A stretch of DNA of 64,000 bases from Oscillospiraceae bacterium (GCA_017555565.1 JAFZGF010000061.1:14431-78430), one strand, 5' to 3'; shown: positions 45,201-53,671, numbered from the stretch's first letter. The notes: generated by a model from the letters alone, not told the origin. A program made the numbers and translations.

Positions 45201-45875
45201 ATTAAACTGATTCTCTCCAAATTCTGAAATTAATTTTTCTAATTCCTCACTTTGGATAAATCTTTTAAGGAAATCAATATCAACACTTAAAGCTTGTTGT
45301 GCTTTTTTTATGTTTTGGGTGTTGGGATAGTCAATATCAGTTTTTTCGTAGTGTCCTAAAATTTGACGATCATAATGTAAATCTGCACATATTTTTGTGG
45401 AGATGGTCAAAATAGTGTGGGTTATTAGACTTGAATCGTTAATGAAATCTTGATTAAAACCATTTCCATTTTTAAATAGAATGTCTAATAAACCCTGCAA
45501 TCTATAGCCAATATCTTTGTTAATGCCAGAAAAAATCCAATGATTTCCATAAAATAGTATGCGATGGATAAATGGCATCTCAGGTGGATCAATATTCTTG
45601 GCGATAGGGAAACTCATAGAGTAATTGACAATATTTTGGAATTTGTTATTACTGATTTTGGCAGTACCAGAAAAATATGATTTTGGTTTTTCTAAAATAG
45701 AAGCGATTAAAGTATCGAAAACCAATGCTTTATTCTGATTATTAGGAAATAAATAAAGTGCAGATATTTTATTTAAAAAGTCGATGATATCATATTTTTT
45801 CAACTCGGTTGTAATTGAATTAGCGATATCATTTTTGGATGGTTTTTCTAATAATGATGGTAAGTTCTTTTTCAT
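42255..45875 (-). CDS. Large (1206 aa) uncharacterised protein with C-terminal PD-(D/E)xK nuclease motif
   Basis: No P-loop was seen anywhere. The C-terminal segment is ...NSAVAEKL...NTLGDIDVLIIDTRRRKIIVGEVKDFSFSK, i.e. the E...D...E-x-K arrangement of restriction-endonuclease-fold (NERD/Shedu/Mrr-like) domains. The preceding ~1000 aa have no recognisable motif. Confidence 0.65.
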   Translation of the reverse strand: MKKNLPSLLEKPSKNDIANSITTELKKYDIIDFLNKISALYLFPNNQNKALVFDTLIASILEKPKSYFSGTAKISNNKFQNIVNYSMSFPIAKNIDPPEMPFIHRILFYGNHWIFSGINKDIGYRLQGLLDILFKNGNGFNQDFINDSSLITHTILTISTKICADLHYDRQILGHYEKTDIDYPNTQNIKKAQQALSVDIDFLKRFIQSEELEKLISEFGENQFNHTNNPENFRFYYKPFLRISESTLFVLNPSELGSFLINYILKKAAEYGCFDDVIKAYNEYIFQQCLESFKKLDHKKIVVEPLEIDLISTDSYKEVLLNVVNNGLLFVQFFCDSGNKYNFENMHELIKINNFQIGKRWAYIQEKLKGYPQDRIYQICISCSFSRVTQYKTIIKQSFRQLLLSPFDLYCIAVNEHSHRNFIPRYMDCKYNMLEPFTLYGDIYNISVYCDRYSFYLDDNFDYRKDIFYLGFDNAIDYFNKAIISENKFLADCPNAPYLLEMIRLDSARNIYMSHNKETIYILNKFSNIDIWQLIDSTSTTIASDIYHTVTDMCSYWIAECKNIITGNSFHNNSIVIEHKLTGNLTQYFSSESYSESALEDLLKIQILDNIITFIWTPEAYFKFSNENNSQEKAITTLLLESISCFSTKALSMHKVDKLFENPLKKKAFFLNAQEYPYLKPIDLDFRKVSIEYEQLLSDEIGYFLIKEKGVPFGEIKKNEKYSICSTIVDYLYKKLKTLVASLNPQNLIEQIYLDLEKVMYSMMLTQRRHAFNIACYPEKTDKLNSTYNQLNKSSIALKFFMEYVSAQPPKGNVLLGELEYENILTICSAIIHWAQIGDLFNYNIIDSEMNILKSGRVGINNTQPIELTESTYSAAIKRLTQYSNPHISKYHFGNDNIDFDDLNSAFIAEYGYSYGDFSKVVTSLLVIGEDIKSEICRINITKLLETIFEKTGIERSKISKIINDLSLKERPEYLPAPKGYKNTDIWPWRFNRRLSFTRRPLIMVDEDIVWGNRQLFHCLMFTYDLIKDGKLKAESAALKQVISKLSNSRGNLFNSAVAEKLNTIKGLIVTEKVKKINGKMIADANRNTLGDIDVLIIDTRRRKIIVGEVKDFSFSKSPYEMHQQYLNVFCDNGNKLCYISKHKRRVDWIKSHLNDVIEHYKLSKKNWKVDDILILSEPVISNEYYHKNQKTILFSDISEKSIYNL

Positions 45876-46253
45876 AATACACCCCTTAAATGTAATTCAA
45901 AATAATATGGTTTACTACTCATTATGTCCATTGATGCTATTTATAGCTCATATGCATTGTTCTCTGTCAAAGCCTGTTTGCGACGGTTATACATACTCTT
46001 TCAATGCAAGTTGGAAAATTAGTAAAACAACACTCAAAATAAATAATGGTGGTGCCCAGCTGTCGTATTCCCGTTCTTTTTTCAGTTTCTCAACTTCTTC
46101 GGTCGAAAGGTGTTTCCTGCTGGATGAACGGCGATTTCTTACATCATTAAGAATACCATGCACCAAGTCCAAACTAACAAAAACTTTTCAAATTTTATTT
46201 ATCAGCACCCATATACATACGGGTGCTCATAACAACACAAGTAAAAAACTAAA

Positions 46254-46300
46254 TTTAATACCGACAGAGGATGGAAAAGACCGCAAATTTGCGGTCTTTT
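46254..46300. repeat. Right copy of the ~47-bp direct repeat
   Basis: tttaataccgacaga-ggatggaa-aagaccgcaaatttgcggtcttt. The first 15 nt are identical to 42182-42196, and the hairpin is homologous. Confidence 0.6.
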
Positions 46301-46451
46301 TATTATAATTGTTGTAAAATTTCTTTCAGTTCAGGCCATTCACTAGAATATTTTTCTTGTCAAATTGTTCTAATATTATGAGTTTGTTGAAATAATGATA
46401 TTGCTAATATATAATATAAGTTATAATAACAAAATAAAATGGAGGCAGAGT

Positions 46452-48536
46452 ATGGCAACTAACCATCAACCACCGATACGTACAGGATTATTGGATTTTT
46501 TCAGAAATAGTTCAGGTTGTCAATTTGTTATTCCTGTTTATCAAAGAAACTATACCTGGACAGCTGGAAAAGAAGTGAAGCAATATCTCGAAGACTTGAG
46601 AAATGTACTGGATGGAGAATATGATAATCATTTTTTAGGGATTATGATTTATCTTGATACACCCATAGATTTTTCTGCTAGAGAGTTTTCTGTTATCGAT
46701 GGCCAGCAGAGACTCACAACAACATTTTTAACTTTGTACGCTATCAAAGAATTGCTGCATCAACAGGGAGAAGAAGGTCAAATAAGCTCATTAGAAGGGC
46801 AATTTTTGACCAACCCTTATTCAACAGCCAAAATGAAATATAAGCTAAAACCTATGGTTTCGGATGACGAAGTTTATAGACTTATTGTTGAAAATAAGAT
46901 TGACGAAATTGATAACAAAAATTCCAATGTATATAAAAACTATATTTATATTATTGATTATCTCAAAAATATTATCGATAGAGGAAAAACCATAAACGAC
47001 ATCTTAATGGCAATGAATAAATTATATGTTGTCTGTGTTCCGATATCCGAAGAAGATAATGCACAGAAAATATTCGAAAGTATTAATGCGACAGGTGTTA
47101 AACTTACTGCGTCTGACCTGATTAGAAACTTCATTTTGATGGATTTACCGAGTGATATACAGGAAGACTATTATGCAAATTACTGGAGAAAGATAGAAGA
47201 ATATATTTCAAATGATTCTAAGAAACTTGAATTATTTTTCAGAATGTTTTTGGCTGTAAAAAACCTCTCGTTACCGAGTAAAAATGAAATATATCGACTT
47301 TTTGTTAAATGGTTTAAAGATTCAAATAAGACAACAAAAGAAGTTTTGGAAGAGATTGTTACCTATGCAGATGCTTACTATACAATCTATAAAAAGGATT
47401 TAAAGAAAGTTGATAGTAATCTGAGAGATGCATTAAAAGAATATCGACGAATTTTATCAGATATGCCAGCGCCTGCATTGATGGAATTTTATTTGCTGTG
47501 CAAGAATGGTAAAATCAGTGAACCTGTTTTAAGGGATACTATTAATATCATAAATACATACCTCATTAGAAGAAGCTTGTGTAATTTGGATACAAGTAGT
47601 ATTACAAGAATGTTTCCTACATTATTAAAAGATGTGCTTGAAGAATGTAATGGCAATTATATAAATATTATTGAAATATTGAAAAAATATTTGATTGCTA
47701 AAAATGTTGTTAATGCTATGTACATGCCTGATGATGTTCAAATGAAAGAACTTATGTATAATGCTAATATGTATAATTTGCGTTCCACATTGAGAATTGT
47801 TTTTGACAAAATTGAACACAAAGACAACCCAGCCCCAGTTGATTTAAATTCTGTAAATGTTGAACATCTCATGCCTCAAACTCCAACTAAAGAATGGTTA
47901 GAAACATTAGAAATAGATTTAGACACATACCAGAAAAATGTGCATCGTTTAGGCAATCTTACCTTAGCGGCCAAAATTGATAATAGCGCTATGGGCAATA
48001 AGGTATGGGAATATAAGAATAAACTTCTTAAAGAAACTAATCATTTAAATATAAATAAAGAAGTTTTGGATGCAGAAAAATGGACGATATCTGAAATTGA
48101 AAAGAGAACAGATAACTTAATTGAACAGATAATCAAGGTTTATCCATATCCAAAAATCAATAATGATATTTTGATAAAGGAAGAAATCTATATAAGAGTA
48201 AATGGTATCGTAGCGAAAGCTTTTTTCTCTTTGGACGATGGAAGTGTTGAAATAGATACAGGATCCCAGTTGTATAAATTTGAAAATGTAGAAAATTATC
48301 CAGATATAGAAGATATTCGTCAAGAGCTTTTTGACGATGGCATAATTGCTGAAATTGATGGTGTTCTTCAATTTGTAAAACCTTATATTATTTATTCTAG
48401 AATGTCGAATTATACGGCATTGAGTATGGCTGCATCTATTATTTTACATAGTAGTAGAAGTGGCTGGGCATATTGGGAAAACGCCGAAGGGAAATTAATT
48501 AGAGATATTCCTGAAATAAGAAATAAATTTTCATAA
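46452..48536 (+). CDS. GmrSD-family type IV (modification-dependent) restriction enzyme: DUF262 + DUF1524, with DUF4357-like C-terminal tail
   Basis: DUF262 motifs FVIPVYQRNYTW and DGQQRLTT. DUF1524 His-Me finger motifs VEHLMPQ and HRLGNLTLAAKIDNSAMGNK. The tail SMAASIILHSSRSGWAYWENAEGKLI fits DUF4357. The start is set at ATG 46452 (GGAGG RBS) rather than the listed 46395. Confidence 0.85.
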   Translation: MATNHQPPIRTGLLDFFRNSSGCQFVIPVYQRNYTWTAGKEVKQYLEDLRNVLDGEYDNHFLGIMIYLDTPIDFSAREFSVIDGQQRLTTTFLTLYAIKELLHQQGEEGQISSLEGQFLTNPYSTAKMKYKLKPMVSDDEVYRLIVENKIDEIDNKNSNVYKNYIYIIDYLKNIIDRGKTINDILMAMNKLYVVCVPISEEDNAQKIFESINATGVKLTASDLIRNFILMDLPSDIQEDYYANYWRKIEEYISNDSKKLELFFRMFLAVKNLSLPSKNEIYRLFVKWFKDSNKTTKEVLEEIVTYADAYYTIYKKDLKKVDSNLRDALKEYRRILSDMPAPALMEFYLLCKNGKISEPVLRDTINIINTYLIRRSLCNLDTSSITRMFPTLLKDVLEECNGNYINIIEILKKYLIAKNVVNAMYMPDDVQMKELMYNANMYNLRSTLRIVFDKIEHKDNPAPVDLNSVNVEHLMPQTPTKEWLETLEIDLDTYQKNVHRLGNLTLAAKIDNSAMGNKVWEYKNKLLKETNHLNINKEVLDAEKWTISEIEKRTDNLIEQIIKVYPYPKINNDILIKEEIYIRVNGIVAKAFFSLDDGSVEIDTGSQLYKFENVENYPDIEDIRQELFDDGIIAEIDGVLQFVKPYIIYSRMSNYTALSMAASIILHSSRSGWAYWENAEGKLIRDIPEIRNKFS

Positions 48537-48550
48537 AATTTTGTTTATTG

Positions 48551-48588
48551 AAAATAGTCTGTCGAAATTTCGACAGACTATTTTTTTA
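48551..48588 (+). terminator. Terminator after the GmrSD gene
   Basis: Perfect 14-bp stem atagtctgtcgaaa / tttcgacagactat followed by a T-run of at least 6. Confidence 0.8.
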
Positions 48589-48835
48589 TGTTATGAATTA
48601 TATTTTTATGAAAACCTATATCTTTTTGATTATAGTAATGTTAAAAATTATGTAACATATAATCTGTTTTGATACTTTTCGTTAGTTATTTATCGCTTTA
48701 AAGCTATTATTTGATTCAGACAAGAATTACTCCCAGCAAGTGGACAATTTTTTACATAGAAAACTAGTTCCGAATGATTAAAATAGCGGGATAATGTAAA
48801 AAAATACATTATCCCAACATTTTGATTGGGTGTAT

Positions 48836-48869
48836 CTATATATCGAACCGAATATGGTTCGATATATAG
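48836..48869. promoter_or_regulatory. Candidate C-box operator: perfect 14-bp inverted repeat upstream of the controller gene
   Basis: ctatatatcgaacc-gaatat-ggttcgatatatag. It ends 11 nt upstream of an extended -10 TGATATAAT (48880-48888), i.e. over the -35 position of the C/R promoter. Confidence 0.5.
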
Positions 48870-48918
48870 TAATTTTAAATGATATAATCCAAATAAATAA
48901 ACCATTTTAGATCCAGAG

Positions 48919-49173
48919 GTGAGAACAGTGCAAAAAATAAAAGGTTCAAAAGGATTAGGAGAGCACTTGAAAATGCTTCGATTGGAAGCAGGACCAGGTG
49001 TTACTGAACTTACTAGGTATATGCAATTATTGGGTTGTGACATTACCCGTGAGTGTTGGGTGAAAATTGAATCAGGTAAGCACAATATATCACCTGAACA
49101 ACTCTGGGCATTCAAAGAAGCCTTGCATATATCTTATGACAAAATTTTTGAATTTATGGAGGATAAAAAATGA
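48919..49173 (+). CDS. XRE-family HTH protein, probable R-M controller (C) protein
   Basis: 84 aa with GTG start. The HTH is LGEHLKMLRLEAGPGVTELTRYMQLLGCDITRECWVKIESGK. ATGA overlap with the downstream nuclease-like gene. Confidence 0.65.
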   Translation: MRTVQKIKGSKGLGEHLKMLRLEAGPGVTELTRYMQLLGCDITRECWVKIESGKHNISPEQLWAFKEALHISYDKIFEFMEDKK

Positions 49174-50432
49174 CAGAACATGTTGTAGCTATTTTGTATC
49201 ATAAAATTCAGGACTCGGACTTTACTAATATGTATGGTGTAAAAAAGCCTACAAGCGGAGGCGGTCAGACTTATATACAAGCAGCGGGATACAGTCGTGA
49301 AGAGCTTGATAAAATGTTTCGGGATGCAGATAATATATTTAACACTCTCGAGTTTTGGGATGAAAATCGTATTTACCCAAGGAAGAGATATACATTTCAG
49401 GCGTCCGTTGTTGGCAGTACATCTGCTGCCGATATTGAGCTTGCTCCAAGAACAGGAAGAAAGGATTATCGCATTTCAAGACAGAACTTAAAATATCGTC
49501 ATCCCGCATGGCAAACAAACAATGGGTTCCCTGAGCCCAATCGAAATAATAGCGGTGAGTATATTTATGAAAAGAATTATCCTAATATAATTGACAATCT
49601 TTTTGTTCTCATGATAAAAACCATTAGAGAGGATAACACTACACGTTTTTATGCCACTTATATAAATTCCGAGAATATTCCTTCTGATTGGCCTTCAGAT
49701 GTTGGGTTGGAAGATATTTTTTCTAAGAATAAACGTCAAGGTATTATCTTTTACGAGGAACAATATTTGCGCTTCGTCAATGACAAAAATACGCCATTTG
49801 CTATCGGTTCCGCTATTGATATTGAAATTGGAAATATTATTTTACCTACTAATTTTAACGAAACTTCTGATGACGCTGTTGAGTATGCCTCTAAGGAAAT
49901 CTCGATTACTGTGGATGTTTCCAACATAACAATCACGAAAGTAGAAGCTCCTCTGTTGAAGAAAAAGAAAACTCGTTCAGGAAAAAAATTGGGGACCAAA
50001 GATATCAACTACACAAGGCGTTATAAAAATCTCAAGAAGATCGGTGATATTGGTGAACTTTTGGCTATTGAAACGGAAAAAAGGAGGCTTGTCGCTGAAG
50101 GAAGGCCTGATTTGGCAGACCGAATAGAACATGTTGCATGTACAATTGGCGATGGATTGGGTTATGATATTTTATCATTTGAGCAAGTTGGGGCAGATTA
50201 TTGCGAAAAGTATATTGAGGTTAAATCAACAACAGGTAGCAAAAACAAGCCCTTTGATATTACTGCCAATGAAGTTGAGGTATCCGAAGAAAAAGGACAA
50301 CATTATTCTATTTATAGATTTTATGGATTAAGCAGTGCTGCTAAAGAGATGCGATACTATGAATGTCGAGGGCCTATTAAAGAAAACTTCACTTTGGAAG
50401 CTACGGCTTTTAAAGCTTATTACAAAGGATAA
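49170..50432 (+). CDS. Putative restriction endonuclease: unknown N-terminal domain + C-terminal DUF3883 (PD-(D/E)xK-like) domain
   Basis: The C-terminal IGDIGELLAIETEKRRL...GLGYDILSFEQVGADYCEKYIEVKSTTGSKNKPFDITANEVEVSEEKGQHYSIYRFY matches the DUF3883 pattern (GE...E...gyDi.s......iEVK.t......f.ls.nE...a...y.lyr). It is translationally coupled to the C protein and convergent with two MTase genes. Confidence 0.6.
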   Translation: MTEHVVAILYHKIQDSDFTNMYGVKKPTSGGGQTYIQAAGYSREELDKMFRDADNIFNTLEFWDENRIYPRKRYTFQASVVGSTSAADIELAPRTGRKDYRISRQNLKYRHPAWQTNNGFPEPNRNNSGEYIYEKNYPNIIDNLFVLMIKTIREDNTTRFYATYINSENIPSDWPSDVGLEDIFSKNKRQGIIFYEEQYLRFVNDKNTPFAIGSAIDIEIGNIILPTNFNETSDDAVEYASKEISITVDVSNITITKVEAPLLKKKKTRSGKKLGTKDINYTRRYKNLKKIGDIGELLAIETEKRRLVAEGRPDLADRIEHVACTIGDGLGYDILSFEQVGADYCEKYIEVKSTTGSKNKPFDITANEVEVSEEKGQHYSIYRFYGLSSAAKEMRYYECRGPIKENFTLEATAFKAYYKG

Positions 50433-50462
50433 AAAAGCGTGGGTTATCCCACGCTTTTTATT
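50431..50462. terminator. Bidirectional terminator shared by the convergent nuclease and methyltransferase genes
   Basis: aaaaaagcgtggg-ttat-cccacgcttttt. The last codons of the minus-strand MTase lie inside the hairpin. Confidence 0.6.
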
Positions 50463-51523
50463 TTTGTCAGAATGATAATGTATTCGTTCAATTTCTTAGA
50501 AAGGCTACTATTGTTGCTTCTAAATCTAGAGTATTCAATAGTTCTGTATGTGACATCACCAAACGAGGAAAACAGATTTATCAATTCATCTAACGATAAC
50601 AATCCATCTTCACTATAACTAATAATAAACTTGTCACAATCCATTTCGGTGATTACTTTAGAAAAAGACTCGCGAATCTTTGTTTTCGTGCAAAACTTGG
50701 AATGCTGATCCCACCAATCGCGCAACCCGCTTTTTCCTATTGTTTTAGGGAAATCTCCTCGTGCAATCGTTTCTAAGATATGATAATTAGCGGCATATTG
50801 ACGCTTTGTGTAAGGCGGATCAATATAGCATACATCTGCGGTTATGGTAGCGGCAATGTTCTCTGCAAAATCTTGAATGACCGTATTCTCTATGGTTCCT
50901 TCACTGATGAATTGGATGGGTTTTAATACAATTGCTTCTAATGATTTCGCATTAAACTTAGATAGAAAATAACCATATGTTCCAGAAATATTTGCCACAT
51001 CATTAACAGCCATAATCAAAGTATGCTTTAGAACAGATTCTTCTTCTGATGTGATTAAATCATTTTCAATCCATGCGTTGATTTGCTCCCTAATGGCGTC
51101 AATTTTTTTTGCGTTTTGAGATGTAAAGTATTTTCTGCTGGGAGAACCATTGCTAGGGGTCCCATCTGGAGAAAACTCGTTAAAGAAATAGCTTTCTTTT
51201 TCAGTCAATGAATTCAAATATTCTAATGTTGCTTCATATCCAGATAATTGGTTATTTACAATATTTAAGTGATTTTTGATCTTTTGAAAAGAAGGAGGTG
51301 CATCCAACAAGAGTTGTGTCACCAAGTGATGCTTAGAGTAAGTCATCATATCGGAAGCAATCACACGATATCCTTGTTTTCTCAAAGCAACAGACACGCT
51401 CCCTGTACCGGCCATTAAATCAACTACAGTTGCATTTCGAGGCGCTTCTTCTGAAAAAACATCCAACAAAACTGGCAGCAATTTTGTTTTGTTTCCTATA
51501 TACCTATACATATAGTTCTCCAA
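50444..51523 (-). CDS. D12-class (Dam-like) N6-adenine DNA methyltransferase
   Basis: N-terminal YRYIGNKTKLLPVLL (the Dam-family GxK motif), SAM motif VVDLMAGTGSVS, and catalytic motif CYIDPPYTKRQY (DPPY). Confidence 0.85.
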   Translation of the reverse strand: MENYMYRYIGNKTKLLPVLLDVFSEEAPRNATVVDLMAGTGSVSVALRKQGYRVIASDMMTYSKHHLVTQLLLDAPPSFQKIKNHLNIVNNQLSGYEATLEYLNSLTEKESYFFNEFSPDGTPSNGSPSRKYFTSQNAKKIDAIREQINAWIENDLITSEEESVLKHTLIMAVNDVANISGTYGYFLSKFNAKSLEAIVLKPIQFISEGTIENTVIQDFAENIAATITADVCYIDPPYTKRQYAANYHILETIARGDFPKTIGKSGLRDWWDQHSKFCTKTKIRESFSKVITEMDCDKFIISYSEDGLLSLDELINLFSSFGDVTYRTIEYSRFRSNNSSLSKKLNEYIIILTKIKSVG

Positions 51524-53183
51524 TTACTATTTTCATTTGATTAACCGCATTTAATTCTGGAAGCTTGTTAAGCTCATTAATGATAAGGTCTAATTCTTCT
51601 TGGCTTATATCATACAATCTCAAAACCAGTCTCTCTATTTCCAAATCTAGTTGGCGAGAATAGTTATTTTGGATTTTTTGTACTAATTGAGCGATTTTTT
51701 GACACACTTCTATGTTCGAATCATCTACCCTCCTAATAGGAAGTGAGAAAATGATATTCTTAGTTAAATACGGATGTGATTTCCATTCGTTTTCACCATA
51801 CTTTTTGAGGTAGTAATAGTACATAACTCGCGAATTTAAAACACCTAAATAATATTCAAGAGGTATAAGATCATCCTTTTGAATGTAGTTACACGAATAG
51901 ATTGTTTGGCTTATGTAGGTGCTTTCATAATCAATACAAGCATATATTCCTAACCCAGTTTTTCTTATCAGTACCTTGGGTGGATAATATAGCTCTGCGT
52001 TTTTATAATTGATACCATCTACATGGGGGAGTATATATCTAATACCATCAAAACTATAGCGATGTAAATTTTCCCCGACATACATAGGAAGGTATCCAGG
52101 TTTGTTGACCGTAGAAATAATCTTGAAAATATTCGATTGATTTACTGTGGTGGTTTTACCACAAAATTGGCATGTTTTATACCCTGTATCTAAGTGCTTT
52201 TTAGAGTAGCCTTGAGCTGATTCACAGTGTTGGCACTTGACTACGGCACCAGTTTTAGAGATTTCTACCCCTCTGCCAAAATGGAACAACGATTTCCAAT
52301 CAATATGATTGTTAGCGATTTTTTTCAATAAGAACTCCTCTTCCTCGCGAGCATCTATATCGAAAATAAAATTTTGATTATCTTCAAACCTTTTTTGCAA
52401 CACACAGTGCTTTTTTTGCGTATATGTCTCAAAGAGATCAAGAGCGCCTAACAAAAAATTCTTTCGATCAGTTGTGTCTAACCTATAGCATTTGGTTGAA
52501 CTATTTAATGTGGGTGCACTGTTTTTTAAGATAATAATACTCGTTGCTCGGTTGACATCTGGGAATATCTTTTCTCCTAGACGAGCAATAACTCTAATCT
52601 GGGTGTTTTTCACCAAGTATTCTCTTAGTTTCTTGTTTTCACTAGAAAAAAGAGAATCAGGGATAATAAATGCTAACATTCCACCATCTTTAGTTAGTTT
52701 TAAGCACAACTCAATGAATAATACATAGCTATCATATTGTCCTATGTAAAATTCATATCCGGCTTGAGAAAGATCGGTTTTAGAGAAAACTTTTTCAGAA
52801 CTCCAAGGAGGGTTAGCTATTACAAAAGAGATGTTTTGTAATCGGTGACGCCAATAATTTGTTGCAGTCATTTTCTCCGAAGGAATAATTGCATTCTTAC
52901 ATATAAATTGATATGTCGTATCGCTGAATATTCTTTTGTTTTGATCCACTACTCTTTTTTCAATATCCGTTCCTACGCAACAAATAGTTTGCATGTGATA
53001 ATTGTTAAACTCACGAGAGAATTCTTTTAACAGTATCCCTTCGCCACAAGCTGGATCCCAAACCGTTATAGGTTTATCGAAATCCAAAGTCTCTATATCT
53101 GTTTCACTTAACAACAACTTGGCCGTGAAATTTGCCAGCATTTGAGGAGTATACACAACACCATAACCATTTAATGGCATCAC
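51504..53183 (-). CDS. Gamma-class N6-adenine DNA methyltransferase (Eco57I/TaqI-like) with Cys4 zinc-ribbon insert
   Basis: Motif I VWDPACGEGILL. Motif IV FVIANPPWS (NPPW). CQHCES...CQFCGK zinc ribbon. TaqI_C-like target-recognition tail. It overlaps the next MTase by 20 nt. Confidence 0.85.
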   Translation of the reverse strand: MMPLNGYGVVYTPQMLANFTAKLLLSETDIETLDFDKPITVWDPACGEGILLKEFSREFNNYHMQTICCVGTDIEKRVVDQNKRIFSDTTYQFICKNAIIPSEKMTATNYWRHRLQNISFVIANPPWSSEKVFSKTDLSQAGYEFYIGQYDSYVLFIELCLKLTKDGGMLAFIIPDSLFSSENKKLREYLVKNTQIRVIARLGEKIFPDVNRATSIIILKNSAPTLNSSTKCYRLDTTDRKNFLLGALDLFETYTQKKHCVLQKRFEDNQNFIFDIDAREEEEFLLKKIANNHIDWKSLFHFGRGVEISKTGAVVKCQHCESAQGYSKKHLDTGYKTCQFCGKTTTVNQSNIFKIISTVNKPGYLPMYVGENLHRYSFDGIRYILPHVDGINYKNAELYYPPKVLIRKTGLGIYACIDYESTYISQTIYSCNYIQKDDLIPLEYYLGVLNSRVMYYYYLKKYGENEWKSHPYLTKNIIFSLPIRRVDDSNIEVCQKIAQLVQKIQNNYSRQLDLEIERLVLRLYDISQEELDLIINELNKLPELNAVNQMKIVIGELYV

Positions 53184-53410
53184 TCTTCATCACCTCCTGT
53201 AGCACAACACAAATCTATGCCCTGACTTTTCAATCGAAGATATCTTTCATAGGAAATAATGACGTTTTGAGGTTTATTTTGTTTATTAACGATAAGTATT
53301 TGGTCCTCATCTACCACTCTTTTGAACAGTCTGGCTGCTTGCCCTTTTTGAAATGATGTAATTCCTTCATATTCGGGGACAAGGATTTTAGATGTTTTAT
53401 GTTTTGCCAT
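53180..53410 (-). CDS. Phd/YefM-type antitoxin-fold protein leading the methyltransferase operon
   Basis: 76 aa. GITSFQKGQAARLFKRVVDEDQILIVNKQNKPQNVIISYERYLRL fits the Phd/YefM pattern (...v.itk.gkp.avl.s.e.Y..l). ggagg RBS. 4-nt overlap with the MTase gene. No toxin gene is adjacent. Confidence 0.55.
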   Translation of the reverse strand: MAKHKTSKILVPEYEGITSFQKGQAARLFKRVVDEDQILIVNKQNKPQNVIISYERYLRLKSQGIDLCCATGGDEE

Positions 53411-53671
53411 GCTGACCTCCGAGAAACTATATTAATGTGTATTGTATCATATATCATTATAATCGTCAATTTAATTATAGTTATTATTATAAAGATAAAA
53501 GTAATGATTTAAAAGAAAACAGTATAGATAATTCAACAAACTGATAATAAAAAGCTATTTGTAAATTTAAATAATAAGATAGGTACCTAATATGAAAATC
53601 AAATGCCCACATTAACTAAATTACATTAGTATAGCACTTAATTTATTTAATAAGCTTCAATGTTATGTGTT

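Noticed and set aside
45784-46308. 174-aa plus-strand ORF and the 61-codon minus-strand ORF 45987..46172 upstream of the 1206-aa gene
   Set aside because: The plus ORF spans the promoter region and a terminator-like repeat, with no RBS. The minus ORF starts with TTG, has no RBS and has only a weak TM-like tail. It might be a real leader peptide, but there is not enough support to call it.
46395-46451. N-terminal extension of the GmrSD gene (listed start 46395)
   Set aside because: ATG 46452 has a GGAGG RBS, and the DUF262 domain begins shortly after it. The extension is AT-rich promoter-like sequence.
48788-48815. AT-rich palindrome gggataatgta-N-tacattatccc upstream of the C-box
   Set aside because: It could be a second operator or a weak terminator. 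It has no T-run and no positional logic that I can support, so it is not reported as a feature.
48690-49115. 141-aa minus-strand ORF overlapping the C-box, promoter and C gene
   Set aside because: It is antisense to a well-supported HTH gene and crosses the operator palindrome. It has no RBS or motifs.
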